64,000 nt of DNA, taken from contig CAJINV010000004.1 of the NCBI GenBank assembly GCA_905178155.1, positions 6,426,828 through 6,490,827 on the forward strand, in the 5' to 3' direction. The stretch is from Amoebophrya sp. A120 (Eukaryota; Protista; Dinoflagellata). The notes beneath the pieces were generated by a model. The model searched no databases. It saw only the letters and a program-made list of their open reading frames with translations, and was not told where the DNA came from. Shown here piece after piece: positions 24,232 to 35,935 of this stretch (position 1 is the first letter of the stretch; each line of letters starts with the position of its first letter). The position numbers were made by a program, and so were the translations under genes.

Positions 24232-24602
24232 CTTTTTTCGATGTGTTTGGCCAGGTGGGCACTCGAACTCCAAGGTCTTTCCTGACCCCTCGGTCTCTCA
24301 ATTCATGGGAAGGTTGCTGAAGCTTTTGAGTCATGGCCATGGGAACACCTGAACACATATAGCGCTCAAGGAACGCACCACATAACGCAAAATTTTTTGA
24401 ATCTGCAAAGGCATCCGCATCGCTTTCCGCTCTACAACTTCCTCGCCAATCGCCCACCTGTGGCTTTCTCCTTCTCCGCCTTTATCCTCTGATAAAGCAA
24501 AATGAGCTACTCCACCTCCATCGAACAGACACTGTGCCACTCATCGCGGCACGCATAGGGCATCTTGGGTTCGATGACTTGTCACATTCTCTTCATACTG
24601 TA

Positions 24603-25766
24603 TCAGGTACTGGTTTGCGTAGAAGTTTGAAAGAGTGCATTATCGAAAATCTTTTCATCTCTTATACCACCGACCTTTCCCATTAAAATGAGCTCTGCAT
24701 ATTCTTGGACGCTTGTGTGCGCTATGCCGCCACAGCGGATGAAGTACGGTTTCAAGACACCGCACTGGACGCGTTCGAAGTCCAGCGAGTTGTCCGATGC
24801 CCACTTGATGTAGCGGTGTCGCGCTCCACCATGCGCAAAACTGGAGAACAACCTACACTGCTCCATAACACTAGCTGGCACTAGACCAATGTAGTCTAGT
24901 CGTGCTGGGTCGTGTCGCTCTGCAACCAAGAGAAGGCAGAAGGAAATTCCGTCAGTTACATCGAAGGCACGTCTGACCCCGGCACTGTACTTGCTGAGAC
25001 TGAACTGGATTCCGGATTTCGTCGGCGCTGGTCGAGCTACACGAGCTAGGATACTGTGCCCGCGCAGTACCGCATTGAAGCGAACGCCGTCGGTACTAAA
25101 ATTGGGGATGAACTTCAGTTCTCGGAACACTGGCAACTTCATCGCCTGCGCAAGCAGAACGTAGCGGTATGCGTGTATGACCCTCGTCTCCGCACCGCCC
25201 TGTACAAAATGCAGCAATGGTTCTGCATGGTGCCGGTGGTTTCCGTACGTCTTTAGCAGTCGCGTTTTCAAACACTGCGCAGCGTCCGCTCGTTGCAAGT
25301 CGATCCGCGCCTCCGATTCCACCTTGACGCAGTGCGTCTTGGAGATCGCGTCCGGCCACAGAAAAATTGAGTTCTGGTTCTGCGATGCCAGTACAGTAGG
25401 CGCATCTCTCCAACGGTCCAGCAATTTGTAGTTGCGCAGCTGGCAAAGCACTCCGGGCTTTCCGGGGATGTTGCACATGGTGCGGACGGTATTGCGAAAC
25501 TGTACCGGCATCCAGAGGCCCTCGTACGCCGGCAGGCCGTTACGTGGACGAATAAGCATCGGAAGACCCGAACCGCAGGGCATTGCGAAACATTCGAATT
25601 CCGGCACCAGCCGATCAACGACTTCCATGAACCAGACGTGTCCAGCAGCTTGCTCCAGTAATCGTGCGTTGCCGACGAGCCTTCGCTGCGTCTCGTATGA
25701 AAGGCCGCCGTATCGCGTCGCACGCAAGAAAGCAGTGCCCGCGGTGATCATATTTGTTGTTTGCAT
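24603..25766 (-). CDS. six-gene family member 6
   Basis: Intronless 387-aa ORF with the shared blocks. Confidence 0.85.
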   Translation of the reverse strand: MQTTNMITAGTAFLRATRYGGLSYETQRRLVGNARLLEQAAGHVWFMEVVDRLVPEFECFAMPCGSGLPMLIRPRNGLPAYEGLWMPVQFRNTVRTMCNIPGKPGVLCQLRNYKLLDRWRDAPTVLASQNQNSIFLWPDAISKTHCVKVESEARIDLQRADAAQCLKTRLLKTYGNHRHHAEPLLHFVQGGAETRVIHAYRYVLLAQAMKLPVFRELKFIPNFSTDGVRFNAVLRGHSILARVARPAPTKSGIQFSLSKYSAGVRRAFDVTDGISFCLLLVAERHDPARLDYIGLVPASVMEQCRLFSSFAHGGARHRYIKWASDNSLDFERVQCGVLKPYFIRCGGIAHTSVQEYAELILMGKVGGIRDEKIFDNALFQTSTQTST

Positions 25767-26022
25767 CCAGTTTCTTTCTCACTCTGTCTCTCGTATCATT
25801 CTCGTCGCTCATGTCTAACGATCCTGGTACAAGTGTTTATTCGCAAAGAAGCCCGTCCGCACCAATGAACACCAAACTTACTGGAGACATACGATTGCAT
25901 TCATCTCAAGAGCACATTTGTTCCAAGTCGTATAGTTCTTCGACTCTTATTTTTACAAGTAAAAACCATGTCAGCCTATGCGTTTTGCGCGATTGACGCA
26001 TCAATCCCTTTGGGGAAAGATC

Positions 26023-29000
26023 TCACAACTTCCTCGCCAACCCTCCACCAGCAGCTTTCTCTTTCTCTGCTTTTATCCTCTGATACTTCTCAATACACCC
26101 CAAGAAAATCTGCATCACTTCTTCCGTATCCGCCGCAAATACCCCCGGCGCGTACTCTTGCCCGTCCCCCGTCGCCCGCAAAGCTAACTCGAAGGAATAC
26201 GGCTTACAGCTTTCGTCCAAATTCATCCGCCTGTACTTCACAAACCTGATATCCTCCGGCCGGTAGTACACCAACTCCTTCTGGTCTTTCTCCGAAAAGT
26301 AGCACAACGCTCCGTTCCTTGCCAGCCACATCCGTCGCTGCAGCCAATCGGGCTCATTGTGCGCGTCGCCGTCGGTGGAGAGTTTGAAAATCTGCGCCTC
26401 GTACACCGGTTTGTACGCCTGCTCGGTGCCCCGCTCGATCTTTTCCCTTCGGTTCCGAACCAGAATTTTCCACTCGCGGAAATCTTTCGCCAGCCCCGCG
26501 TTCGCGATAAACCCGGATTGCCCCTGCATGGCCAGGTCCTCGTGGGTCCGGGCGTAGTCGAGGATTTCCAACCAGGTTTTCAATTCTTTTTCACTGTACG
26601 CCGCGAAGTACATTTTCCCCAGGTCGCCCAAGCCCTGGTGCAGCGCGTGGTGGTCGTCGTCCGCGGTGGCGGAGTAGCGACCGCCGTCTAAATCGATCAC
26701 GAAAGTGTAAGGTAGGGCGGATTTTACAATACTGCTGTTTGTCTCCCCCTGTTGCTGCTCAGCCGTTTTTGTTTCCGCACTGGTTTCCGGCGTGGTCGTT
26801 CCTGGCTTAGTCTCTTGTTTCTCCCCAACATCCACCGCACCCGCAACCTCCACCTCCGACATTCTCGACGCGGCCAGCTGTTCGTGCGTGATTAAAACCA
26901 GTTTTTTCAAAGTCTTCGGCGAGAAGTATCGCAATGAAAAATGCCCCCACCCCCAAAGTTGCAAAGATTTGCGATGCGAAGTTTCCAAATGAAAACTTTT
27001 TGTCATGCATGAAAGGAGTATGAATCTTTCCGATGCAGAGTCTAGGCGTAGGCGTGTGTCGCATCGGTTGCATGACAAGCGCCGCTCTTGCTGGGATCTT
27101 TTGCAATACAAATTTTTGCTATTCACGATCGGAAATCTGTGATGCTGATAGATGCAATAGGGCGAGTGTTTCATTTGGAAAGGTTTGCAACACAAATTCT
27201 CCCAAGTTCGGGGGTGGGGGCATTTTTCATTGTAATAAGAAGTAGCACAAACTGCCGTCCGCGGAGAGCCACACGTCCCTCTTCTGCCAATCCGTCGTTT
27301 TTCCCGGGTCCCCGTCGTGGTGAAGTTTGTGTAAAATAGATTTCATCAAAGGAGGTTTGTCCTTGGTCGACTCTTGCGCTCTGAGCAACCGTTTCTCCTT
27401 CAAATCCACAGACAGTCTCCCCCCGAGATGCTCTGGATCGTGGACCTTTTCCTCCTTGTGCTCGTCCTGGATGTCAATGTGCAAGCCCGGAACCTCCACG
27501 CTCCGCATGTAGTCGTGTCTTAAACACTGCGCGAGCGACCACCGTTCGGAAGGCTTCTTTGTCAGCATCCGGGACAGGACCAAATCCGTGAACTGGGAAC
27601 TGTGCTCCGCCACCTTCTTGCTCATGGAAAGGGCCTTCGATGGGTCCGCGAGCCACTGGAGAAACATGAAACCCGCCTTGCGGTGGGAACCCGCGTTCTT
27701 GAAAATCTGCATGTACCTGAAGTGGATTATTGATTTTGGCGGAGATAAAATCCGAAGATTTATTTTGTGCATTTCCTATGATTAATTTTCGAAGACGCAC
27801 GAAACTAATTTGTACTGACGGCTGTCCAGATAATTCGCGCAAAGTTTATTAATGGCGATAAACTGAACTTCTACGCACAAAAACCCGATACTTCGGCTTC
27901 AGCACCGCATCCAACGTGACCAATTCACACAGACTCACGCCCACACTCCACACGTCCAGTTGGTGCCCGATCCGGCAGTACTCCCCCTCCTCGATTAAAA
28001 AGTTGGCCCATTCTGGGGCGCAGTAACAGGGGGAGAAAGAAATTGTGGAATCGTTGATGGACACCTTCTTGTTCAACGGCGTACACCCGTCCACGTCAAT
28101 GATTTTCCACGTGTCCCCCGCGCGCATGATGTTCTCCGGCTTCATATCCAAGTGCGCCAGGCCCTTCGCGTGCAGCATCCCCATCGCGATCAAAAAGGAC
28201 TTACAGAGTAGCTGGACCGCTTTCGCCGACATGGGCTTCTTTTCGTTCAACCGCTCGGTTAGGTAGTCCTTCAAACTGTAGTCGGCGATCTCCGTGATCA
28301 CATACATGCTCCCGTCCGTGGCGTCCGGACCCGCGGTTATTGCAAGGAAAAATCCCCCCTCCCCATATCGGACAGGAAACTTGTGACGCTGTATTTGGGT
28401 ACACAGATCGACTTGTATTGCTAGCAGGCCAAGGGCCGCAGCTGTGGCCTCGCCTGCGGGCAATTTGTCATGCTGTTTCCCACTTCCAGCTGTCTCCTGT
28501 CATGCTGAAGATGCAAGGCTTTCCCACGCCACCCAGCACCACAGTCCGCATCTTTATCTTTTCCCTTCTAGCATGACAAAGCTGATCTGTGACCACAAAT
28601 CTGCATCACAGATTTCCTTTTTGACATGGGGAGGAGGGATTTTTCTTTTTGATAGCGGTTCCGTCCGCCTCCTTGCTGTAGTCCACGAGCTCGAGGAAGC
28701 ACTTCTTCGGTATCAACTGCAAAAATGTCTGGGTCTGAAAACTTGTGATGCTAAAGTGCGAATGATGGAAGCAATTCCGAATGCAGCCAAGCATGACAAC
28801 TTTATTCCAGAACGCTTTCTAATGCACAGCCCGCATGAGAAACTACGTTTTCGTATAGACAAAAGAGGCTGCGTATTTTGGTGGTCATGCAATACAAATT
28901 TAAATTTTACCGGAATGTGAGACCTGCATTACAACTTCGAGATTTCCAGACCCGGACATATTTGCAATGCATATTCGGATCAATGGACCAAAAGTACTCG

Positions 29001-29799
29001 TGGCGCAGCTATGCATTGCAAAAGCATCGCACTCGTACAATATTAAATTGCAGCCATGCATAACAAATGCACTTTCCGAACCTGACACAGCATTACAAAT
29101 TCCACTTTTGCTCTTGGCGAAATTATTTGTGATGCTATTTACACTAGTACGATAGTTTTGCAATGCATAACAGCATCGGGTCCACGATGTGCTCCTTTTT
29201 CAGCGGCTCCATGAGAAATTTCAGCACGTCGATCTGCCGCTTGAATTTCGTCACGTTGGTTATCATTTGTAAAAACGTCCTCACCCCAGAGTCAAGATGG
29301 GGACTTTGCAACACAAACCTCGAAGCTTTGGGAGCCACGCGTGACAAGTTGCAGGCTGTAGTGTAATGCTGTTTAGCAAGGGGAGCCGCATAACAAATCC
29401 ATCTCCTTATCCTGTTTACAGCATCACAAGTTCCAAAATACGATGGGGCATGCCTCTCATGGGGATGCGCATTACAAATGCTCTTGCCATTGCAGTTCTG
29501 CATGACAACTCTGGGGTGGGGATGTTTTTACACAGGATATTGGTGGCTAAATCTTTTTTCATTTCCGCCATCTTGAACTGTTTAATCGCCACCGGCATGC
29601 CGGTTTTCGTGTCCGTGCCCCTTTGCACCGTGGAGAAACTCCCGGCGCCGAGAAAACCCTTTTTCCCAAGGATAATCTCGTACCGGTCTAAAATCATCTC
29701 GGTGCCAGTAGTGGGGGTTGGGGGCGCGGCGGTGGTTCCCCCCGGGGGGGCGGCCGTGGCCGCGGCGGGGGGCTCCTCCTTCTTGCCGGCGGCTGCCAT
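26023..29799 (-). CDS. Ser/Thr protein kinase with two C-terminal PH-like domains (5 introners plus GT-AG intron 27717-27891)
   Basis: LGAGSFSTV, VAIK, HLDMKPEN, DVDG, YCAPE, DVWSVG; two repeats of KL..DGD....DW..R..WL...G.LCYFS.K. Confidence 0.9.
26927..27237. mobile_element. introner, family F
   Basis: TSD AGAAG; restores LCYFSPK. Confidence 0.93.
28338..28654. mobile_element. introner, family E
   Basis: TSD GCGGT. Confidence 0.92.
28711..28973. mobile_element. introner, family A
   Basis: TSD TTCGG. Confidence 0.92.
29010..29169. mobile_element. introner, family C
   Basis: TATGCATTGCAAAA at both ends; TSD GCAGC/ACAGC. Confidence 0.9.
29261..29539. mobile_element. introner, family B
   Basis: TSD TTGGT; restores DLATNVTKFKRQI. 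Confidence 0.92.
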
Positions 29800-31362
29800 T
29801 GTTTAATGAATTGGGTTAATGAATTTTACGCAAATAATGGCCATTGGGGGGTAGTAGAGTCCGCAAATTGACGGAGCGAAGATGAGGCGATATTTTTGAA
29901 ACAAGAGCGAAAAAATACGGTACCGGGATCAGGCAAAATGAGTTATCAAGTGGACGACGATGTTGGGGTGAGGGGGTTTGTGTGGGTACTATTTCTGTCC
30001 GCGTTGTAAATCGACATAGTACAACTTTTAGGCAATGAAATCAGTGTTCTTGTTGCAGAAAAACCATAAAGGTAGCGAACGAAAATTACTTCAGTTGCAC
30101 GAGTCTAAGCTTGAATGGAGGGACGAAAACGACCGACAGGTTGATTTTTATTTTCCAATCGGCATCGGCTCTTACAATACACGACCGAGCATGACAGAAT
30201 ACAATGAACAGCACACGACCGACATGACGCGCAGGAGTTGCTCGCCGGGGCGAAGAGTTTAGTCTGTTGCTGCACGGGACCGATGACAGTATTTCGCGTT
30301 CACCGTGCGATGGAATAGAACAAAGCGCCCGGAGATAACTAAGTAGTATTAAAACTGGCAAGAAATAAAGCAATAAGTACTTTTTGTTTATGGAGTACTT
30401 GGGTTGATTCCTATGTTTGTGGTGTGAAGTGCTCTTCCTATGTTCTTGAGAAGTCTGTGTCGACGTCAGTATTGAAGTCTGTGTTGAGGTCTGTATTGAA
30501 GTCTGTGTTAACGTCTGTGCTTGATGATGATGATGTTACCCAGTAAAGGGTTTAGAAGAGAACGGGTCTAGATGTTCGGCTCAGCAGCAACTAGTGCGGC
30601 TTCTTCGGCATTGACGCCATCCAGGACCTCCTCCTCGTTTTCTTCCGGACGTTTTTTGTTCTTCTTCTCCTTGCACCGCTCTTCGTGTTTTCTCATCGCT
30701 CCGACTATCCACCCGAGTTGATGTAGTTGCTGGCTGGTCTCAGGAACTTGTATACAGTTGCCGTCATGTTGAAATCGGTATTTGTGCTGCTTACAGTGTC
30801 TACACCGAATAAACTCCTCTCCTGATCTGCTTGTCAATGCTGCTGTATGTGCTTGTGAAATGCTGATGTAGAAGGTGGAAGAGCGCTCACAAACGCTCGG
30901 ATCGTCACATAACTACCGAGGTCAAGAGCGTCAACATCTTAAACCATTTTACTGTGCGTTCTTTACGCCAATTATAATGTTGCGGGTTGTACATCAATCA
31001 TACAGGGGTATTTATCAGTTGCCCAGGTCGACCGCTTCAAACCAGATGCCACTGCCGCTGAGCAGCAGCTCTGGCGTCAGTAAGTGACCCACAAAGCGGC
31101 CGTCCTGCTACGGAAATGCTATAGCGTTCTCTTTTTTCATAAATCTAGTATTCTTTCTTCACGAGCTCCACGACTCTAAGCTCAACGCGCTTTTGCCGGT
31201 CGTTGCTTCCAAAATAAAGAACATATAAAAATCTTTAATAATGATTGTGTCGGTATTTCTTTGGATGTTTGACTCCTCACCCATTGTGGATCAAAATTAG
31301 GATGATGAAACTCGTCTGAGGACAAAGAATTTTCACACGATGAGCCGACCCTGGGCTGTCGC

Positions 31363-33207
31363 TCACGTGCTGCCAGATGAAACGAGGCCGGTGGAGGGCC
31401 CCGACGTGAGAGGCGTGTACCCCGGCGTTGACCCGGTTCCGGAGACAGAAAAGCGGCCATTAGGCGAGACACTACCTGTGCGCGCCCATTTCGACAGCGC
31501 AGGACCGTCGCCGGTTTCAACTTCCTGCTCCCCGACGAGCATAAGCTGCAGAAATTGGGTTGCGCGCAGGTTCAGGCGCTCCACCATCTCGTCGACGTTG
31601 CCACCGGAGCTGTGAACAATCTCCTCGATCGCGGCTGAATCCAAAGAGTTCGGATGATTTCCCGATCCACCCTCGTTCGGCCCAAAGTGCCCGCGCCCAA
31701 TGAAACCAACAGCCACCGCGGCTTGGTGAACGCCGCGACAGGCTGGGTCCTCTTCCGCCGGAGAGGACCTGGAATCCATCTCTGCTGCGTCCTGTACGCT
31801 GCCCGGGAAGCGAGCGCCGAGTCCTAGATCCGACGCCGCACAAACCATCGCCGCGGCTTCGAACACCCGCGGGGAAAGAAACTGAGACGGAAACTTGGTC
31901 AAGTAACCGACGGAAAAAACGAATAAGCGGCTCAACTCCATGTACCGGACCGCAAACTCCAGCGACTGATTCTCTCGTCCGAGCGGCAACAGCTCCAGCA
32001 CCGCGCGGCGGCGCGGAATTCCCGGCACGATTTTACCGAGAAACTTGCCGCACTGCTGGTTCGCGGGTAACAACCACTTTTCGAGAAACTTCATCACTCC
32101 CGGCGCGGTCGTGTTATTCACGTTCCACCGATGCCACTGGAACCCGCTCTGGGCCTCCGCGTCCCGGATCACTGCTTTGAGCAACGCCAACCCGTAAGGC
32201 TCGTTACGCGGCGGGTAGAGGAGGTTCGTCAAAGCCTGCTCTGGGAAGGAGTTGTTCCGCCCCGGTCCTCCTCCGCGGGAGGAGGAGGAGGATGACAGAG
32301 CCAGGCTGCCGCGCCCCACTTCCCGCTGCTCGGAGGTCGTATCACCCCGCTGTCCCAACACGTCGACCGGCCCCAAGCCCATTTTGACGAACACCTGCCG
32401 CAGCAACAGCGTCAGGTTGCTCATCTCGCCCACGATATCGGACAGGTGCTGGCAAATGTACGGCTGCTCCCCGCTAGGACGAGCTGCTACTCCGAATTCG
32501 CCCCACCAGGGCTTGCAGTACTTGCCGACGCTGGCCAGAGGCACGTTCTCCCACGGGTTCACGTGCGGATTTTCACTCTCGCTGATCTGCTCTTCCAGTA
32601 AGAAAATCGCCGGCGGGCGGTTTTCGACAACATCCCCGGCCGAAACCAGATCGTGCATAGACTCGTCCAAAACCTTCAGGTTTGCCACGTATTCCAGCAT
32701 CCGTTTCGCGTTCGCGCGCAGTCCGGCGGCCGCCCCCTCCGGTGACGTTCCACCGAAGCTTCCCACGAGCCCCTTCAGGCATCGGTGCTCCTCGAAAAAT
32801 CGGACGAGGTTCTCACCCATCTGGTCCACGAATCGATAGTGCAGCTCGGCCACCGCGAAGATCTGGCTTACCGTTGGAGCGGCAACTTCTTGTGGCGCCG
32901 CGCGATCTTCGAGAGTGGCAGAGGCATAAGCCCGCGTCTGCATCACAAAGCCCTTCAGTGTAGTCTCCGTTCCGTCGATCAGCAGCAGCTGCTCCGGCGT
33001 GTAGACAGGATCCTGCGGCTGAGCCGCGGCGGCCGAAGATTCCGGCTCCTGGCGAGGTAGAAAGGGCGTTCGGGCTTGCCCCGCCGGGGCGGCGGCCTGC
33101 ACTCCCAGCGGCGCACCCGAGAGGCACCTGCTCAGGTAGAGGCCGCATGCCGCAAGGTGTGTTCTTCTGCCAATCATCGTCATTGTTCTGTTTCGGGGGA
33201 AGCACAA
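31363..33207 (-). CDS. intronless hypothetical protein, possibly secreted
   Basis: 614-aa ORF with coding-like composition and a moderately hydrophobic N-terminus; no family recognised; start uncertain. Confidence 0.7.
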   Translation of the reverse strand: MCFPRNRTMTMIGRRTHLAACGLYLSRCLSGAPLGVQAAAPAGQARTPFLPRQEPESSAAAAQPQDPVYTPEQLLLIDGTETTLKGFVMQTRAYASATLEDRAAPQEVAAPTVSQIFAVAELHYRFVDQMGENLVRFFEEHRCLKGLVGSFGGTSPEGAAAGLRANAKRMLEYVANLKVLDESMHDLVSAGDVVENRPPAIFLLEEQISESENPHVNPWENVPLASVGKYCKPWWGEFGVAARPSGEQPYICQHLSDIVGEMSNLTLLLRQVFVKMGLGPVDVLGQRGDTTSEQREVGRGSLALSSSSSSRGGGPGRNNSFPEQALTNLLYPPRNEPYGLALLKAVIRDAEAQSGFQWHRWNVNNTTAPGVMKFLEKWLLPANQQCGKFLGKIVPGIPRRRAVLELLPLGRENQSLEFAVRYMELSRLFVFSVGYLTKFPSQFLSPRVFEAAAMVCAASDLGLGARFPGSVQDAAEMDSRSSPAEEDPACRGVHQAAVAVGFIGRGHFGPNEGGSGNHPNSLDSAAIEEIVHSSGGNVDEMVERLNLRATQFLQLMLVGEQEVETGDGPALSKWARTGSVSPNGRFSVSGTGSTPGYTPLTSGPSTGLVSSGST

Positions 33208-35935
33208 AGTAGAATGGGTAGATGAAAAGATAAAGGTTTTTTTCGTGGTTTTGATATTTTTGGAATACTGTAAAAAAGCTCTTGAGGATTTTTCGGTAAG
33301 TATTGACGATGGCTGTATGTACTAGGGTGGTAAACAAACAGATACTAGTGTATACGATTCTTCTTCGTTTCTAGTTTTTTTCGACGTCGTTTCTCCGAAG
33401 AGAAGCGATTTCTCTCTGTTAAGGAAGCGTATGTGTAAAAGGGTTACAAAGTATCAAACCAGAGCCCCGACGGCGGTTTTTTATCCATGCGACATACAAG
33501 GGCGGGCTACCAGCATGATATTGCAAGTGTGGTGCACGATCATGTTATGGGAGCGTTGATTTGCAGCTCGACGGATCAGAAGCGAAGATCAGAAGTGCTA
33601 TGACTTTGCAAGAGTTTCGATCTCGGATCGGACCTGATTTTGCTTTGGGGCGATGTTGCAAATTGCAGGGCTTCAATTCTCTCAGTTGTACCCGTCAATA
33701 GTACTGTTCCGTCGCATATCAATCCGGCGGGGGGGGGGGGGGGGGCGATAAGAAGCAAACCCGGCCCGGGCCGCGATCGCCGATGGCGCAAGCCTTGCTT
33801 TCCGGGGGCCCGCGCCGCAATCGCCGAAGCCCCGGGCCACGATCGCTAACGCCGCGGGCCCGAGCTAAATCTGCTCGCGCGCCGCAGGGTTTGGAGCTAC
33901 CGCCGCGGTGCGCTCTGCCTATTCTTGTCCCGTGCTTCGAAGCCTTCTTTCCATCGGGGGGGGGGGATGGGGTCTGCTTCCGTAGTTCCACCCCCTATTG
34001 CGGAAAAATCCTGCGGAAGGGGGGGGTCCCTTACCGCGTGGATCGCGGAGGCGTTGCCCTGCAATCAGGTGCGGACTGAGTGGGTTGACCACCGCGGGGG
34101 GCATAGGGGGACGGGGGGGTAGGCACATGTAGGGGGTCCCATAACGAAAACGCAAAAGACTTTCCACCAGCAGGCCCAAATCGCGGCGAAAGTTACGATA
34201 AAAAAGGTCATAAATGTGTAGTAGCATCACTGTGACAATCCTTTCCATCAGCCAGACCTGAGCATCTGCATATCTCTACTTTTTTGCCCACCTAAAAAAA
34301 AATAAAAAAATTTGAAAGTGCAGCGATGTGGGAAAATGCTTCAAATCATGCATAAAAGTGCTCTAATAGTGAAGACACTACGCTTATTCCTTTGATTTAT
34401 ATGATTTGCATTTGCTATTTTTTGTATATTTTTGCAAAAAGTGCGAGCATTGTAGAAGTTGCAAAATTTGAAAAATTTTGCACATGAGATGCGCATGCGT
34501 AAATGTCTCAAAGTTGATTTATCTGGATGCTCTATCATCCAATGTTGTTTTCATTTGGATTCTATACACATCCATTGCACTTTTTGTTGTATATGTGTGA
34601 TTTTTTCGAAAATTGAAAATTTTAAAAAACTTCTCGCTGTGCGCTTTTCTATAGAAACTTTAAAATAAATTAATAAAGATTATCTTAACAATATTAAATG
34701 GCTCGCTTTGTATTGATTTCCTTTGATACTTTCACACTATTTGGAATTTTTTCATGATTTTTTGCGGATGCTAAAAATTTGGAAAAAAATCGAAGATAGT
34801 TGCTATGCTGCAAAAATCAACATAAATCAGTGTGTGTGAGATTCAAATAGTTCTGTAGACACGTCATGTCTAAACGCCAGGACAGAACCTCCTCGATTGC
34901 ATGGTTTTTTTTTATATTTAGCAAAATTTCGAAAATTGCAAAAAATAGGTATCTTGTAAAAATTGGACTCGGCGGCATTTCACATCACCATTTTAAGATG
35001 TGCCAAAACGTTGCACCCAACACACATCACTTAAACACACGAAATCAGATCTATTAGACCACTTTTCACCTGCATTTCGAAAATTGCAAAAACGCAAAAA
35101 AATATGAAAGGCCAGGATCCACCTGCTTTGGAGGAGATTGATCCACTCCGATAAGGCCGCCCCCCAACACACTACTGCAGGGCGCTCTGCCCATCGTTTT
35201 CCGCCCTGTTTTGATCGGTCGGAGCACCTAAATCCACCGCATGGCCCTTCGCGGACCACGCGGGTCCGGCCTCGGACCCCGGTGCGAAATACCAGTCGGG
35301 GGAGGCGCTACCTAGGCTCTTCCGCCTCCTTTACATAGCAAACTTCGCCGCTCGTTTTAGTTGCGCGCGCTGCCGCCGCGCGGCTGAGAGATTCTGCACT
35401 TCCGGAGCCGCCGGTGGGCAAGCGTCCAAACCGCCACCAAAAGAGCAGCGCTGGACGAAGCCGCGCGCAGATCACCAGCTGGCGGTATGCGGTGCTTTGG
35501 GTCGGCCGTAAGCGACGGCGCCGTGAGCGCGCGGGCGCGAGCGCAAGTAGTTCTTCCACCGCCCTTACCGGCCTGCTTCCGCGCGCTCAGCGAATTGCCC
35601 GGCGCCCCCGGCCATTTTCTTTAAGTGCCGCCGCGCCCAGACGGGCCATCCCGCTGCGGCCGCCGCCGTACTATCGCTCCGTCGCGAGAGCGCGCGCGCA
35701 TGCGACAATGAATTTGGCGGGGCCTGTGCAATAGCGCCGAACGAGCGCAGGGGGCCGATATGTCTGCGATGAGGCGCGGCGTTCCTGAGGGGCGATACGT
35801 GGTAAAGAAACTATAATATGTAAAGAAAACTGCAAAGAACCATTGGTGCACTCCGCCGTCCTCAGCTCGTGTTTCGTCGAGGGTCATCAAAAGTGAGCGT
35901 CGTGCCTCTTTTATTTCGAATCCCCGCGCCCCCAA

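Noticed and set aside
14247-25766. Six-gene family as the introner transposase
   Set aside because: No DDE motif recognised, no TIRs or TSDs flank the ORFs, and the leaders suggest organellar targeting; nothing links them to the elements.
30455-30525. Short GTCTGTGTTGA-like tandem repeat and nearby 89-aa CxxC ORF (30568-30837)
   Set aside because: Too short and degenerate to support a functional call.
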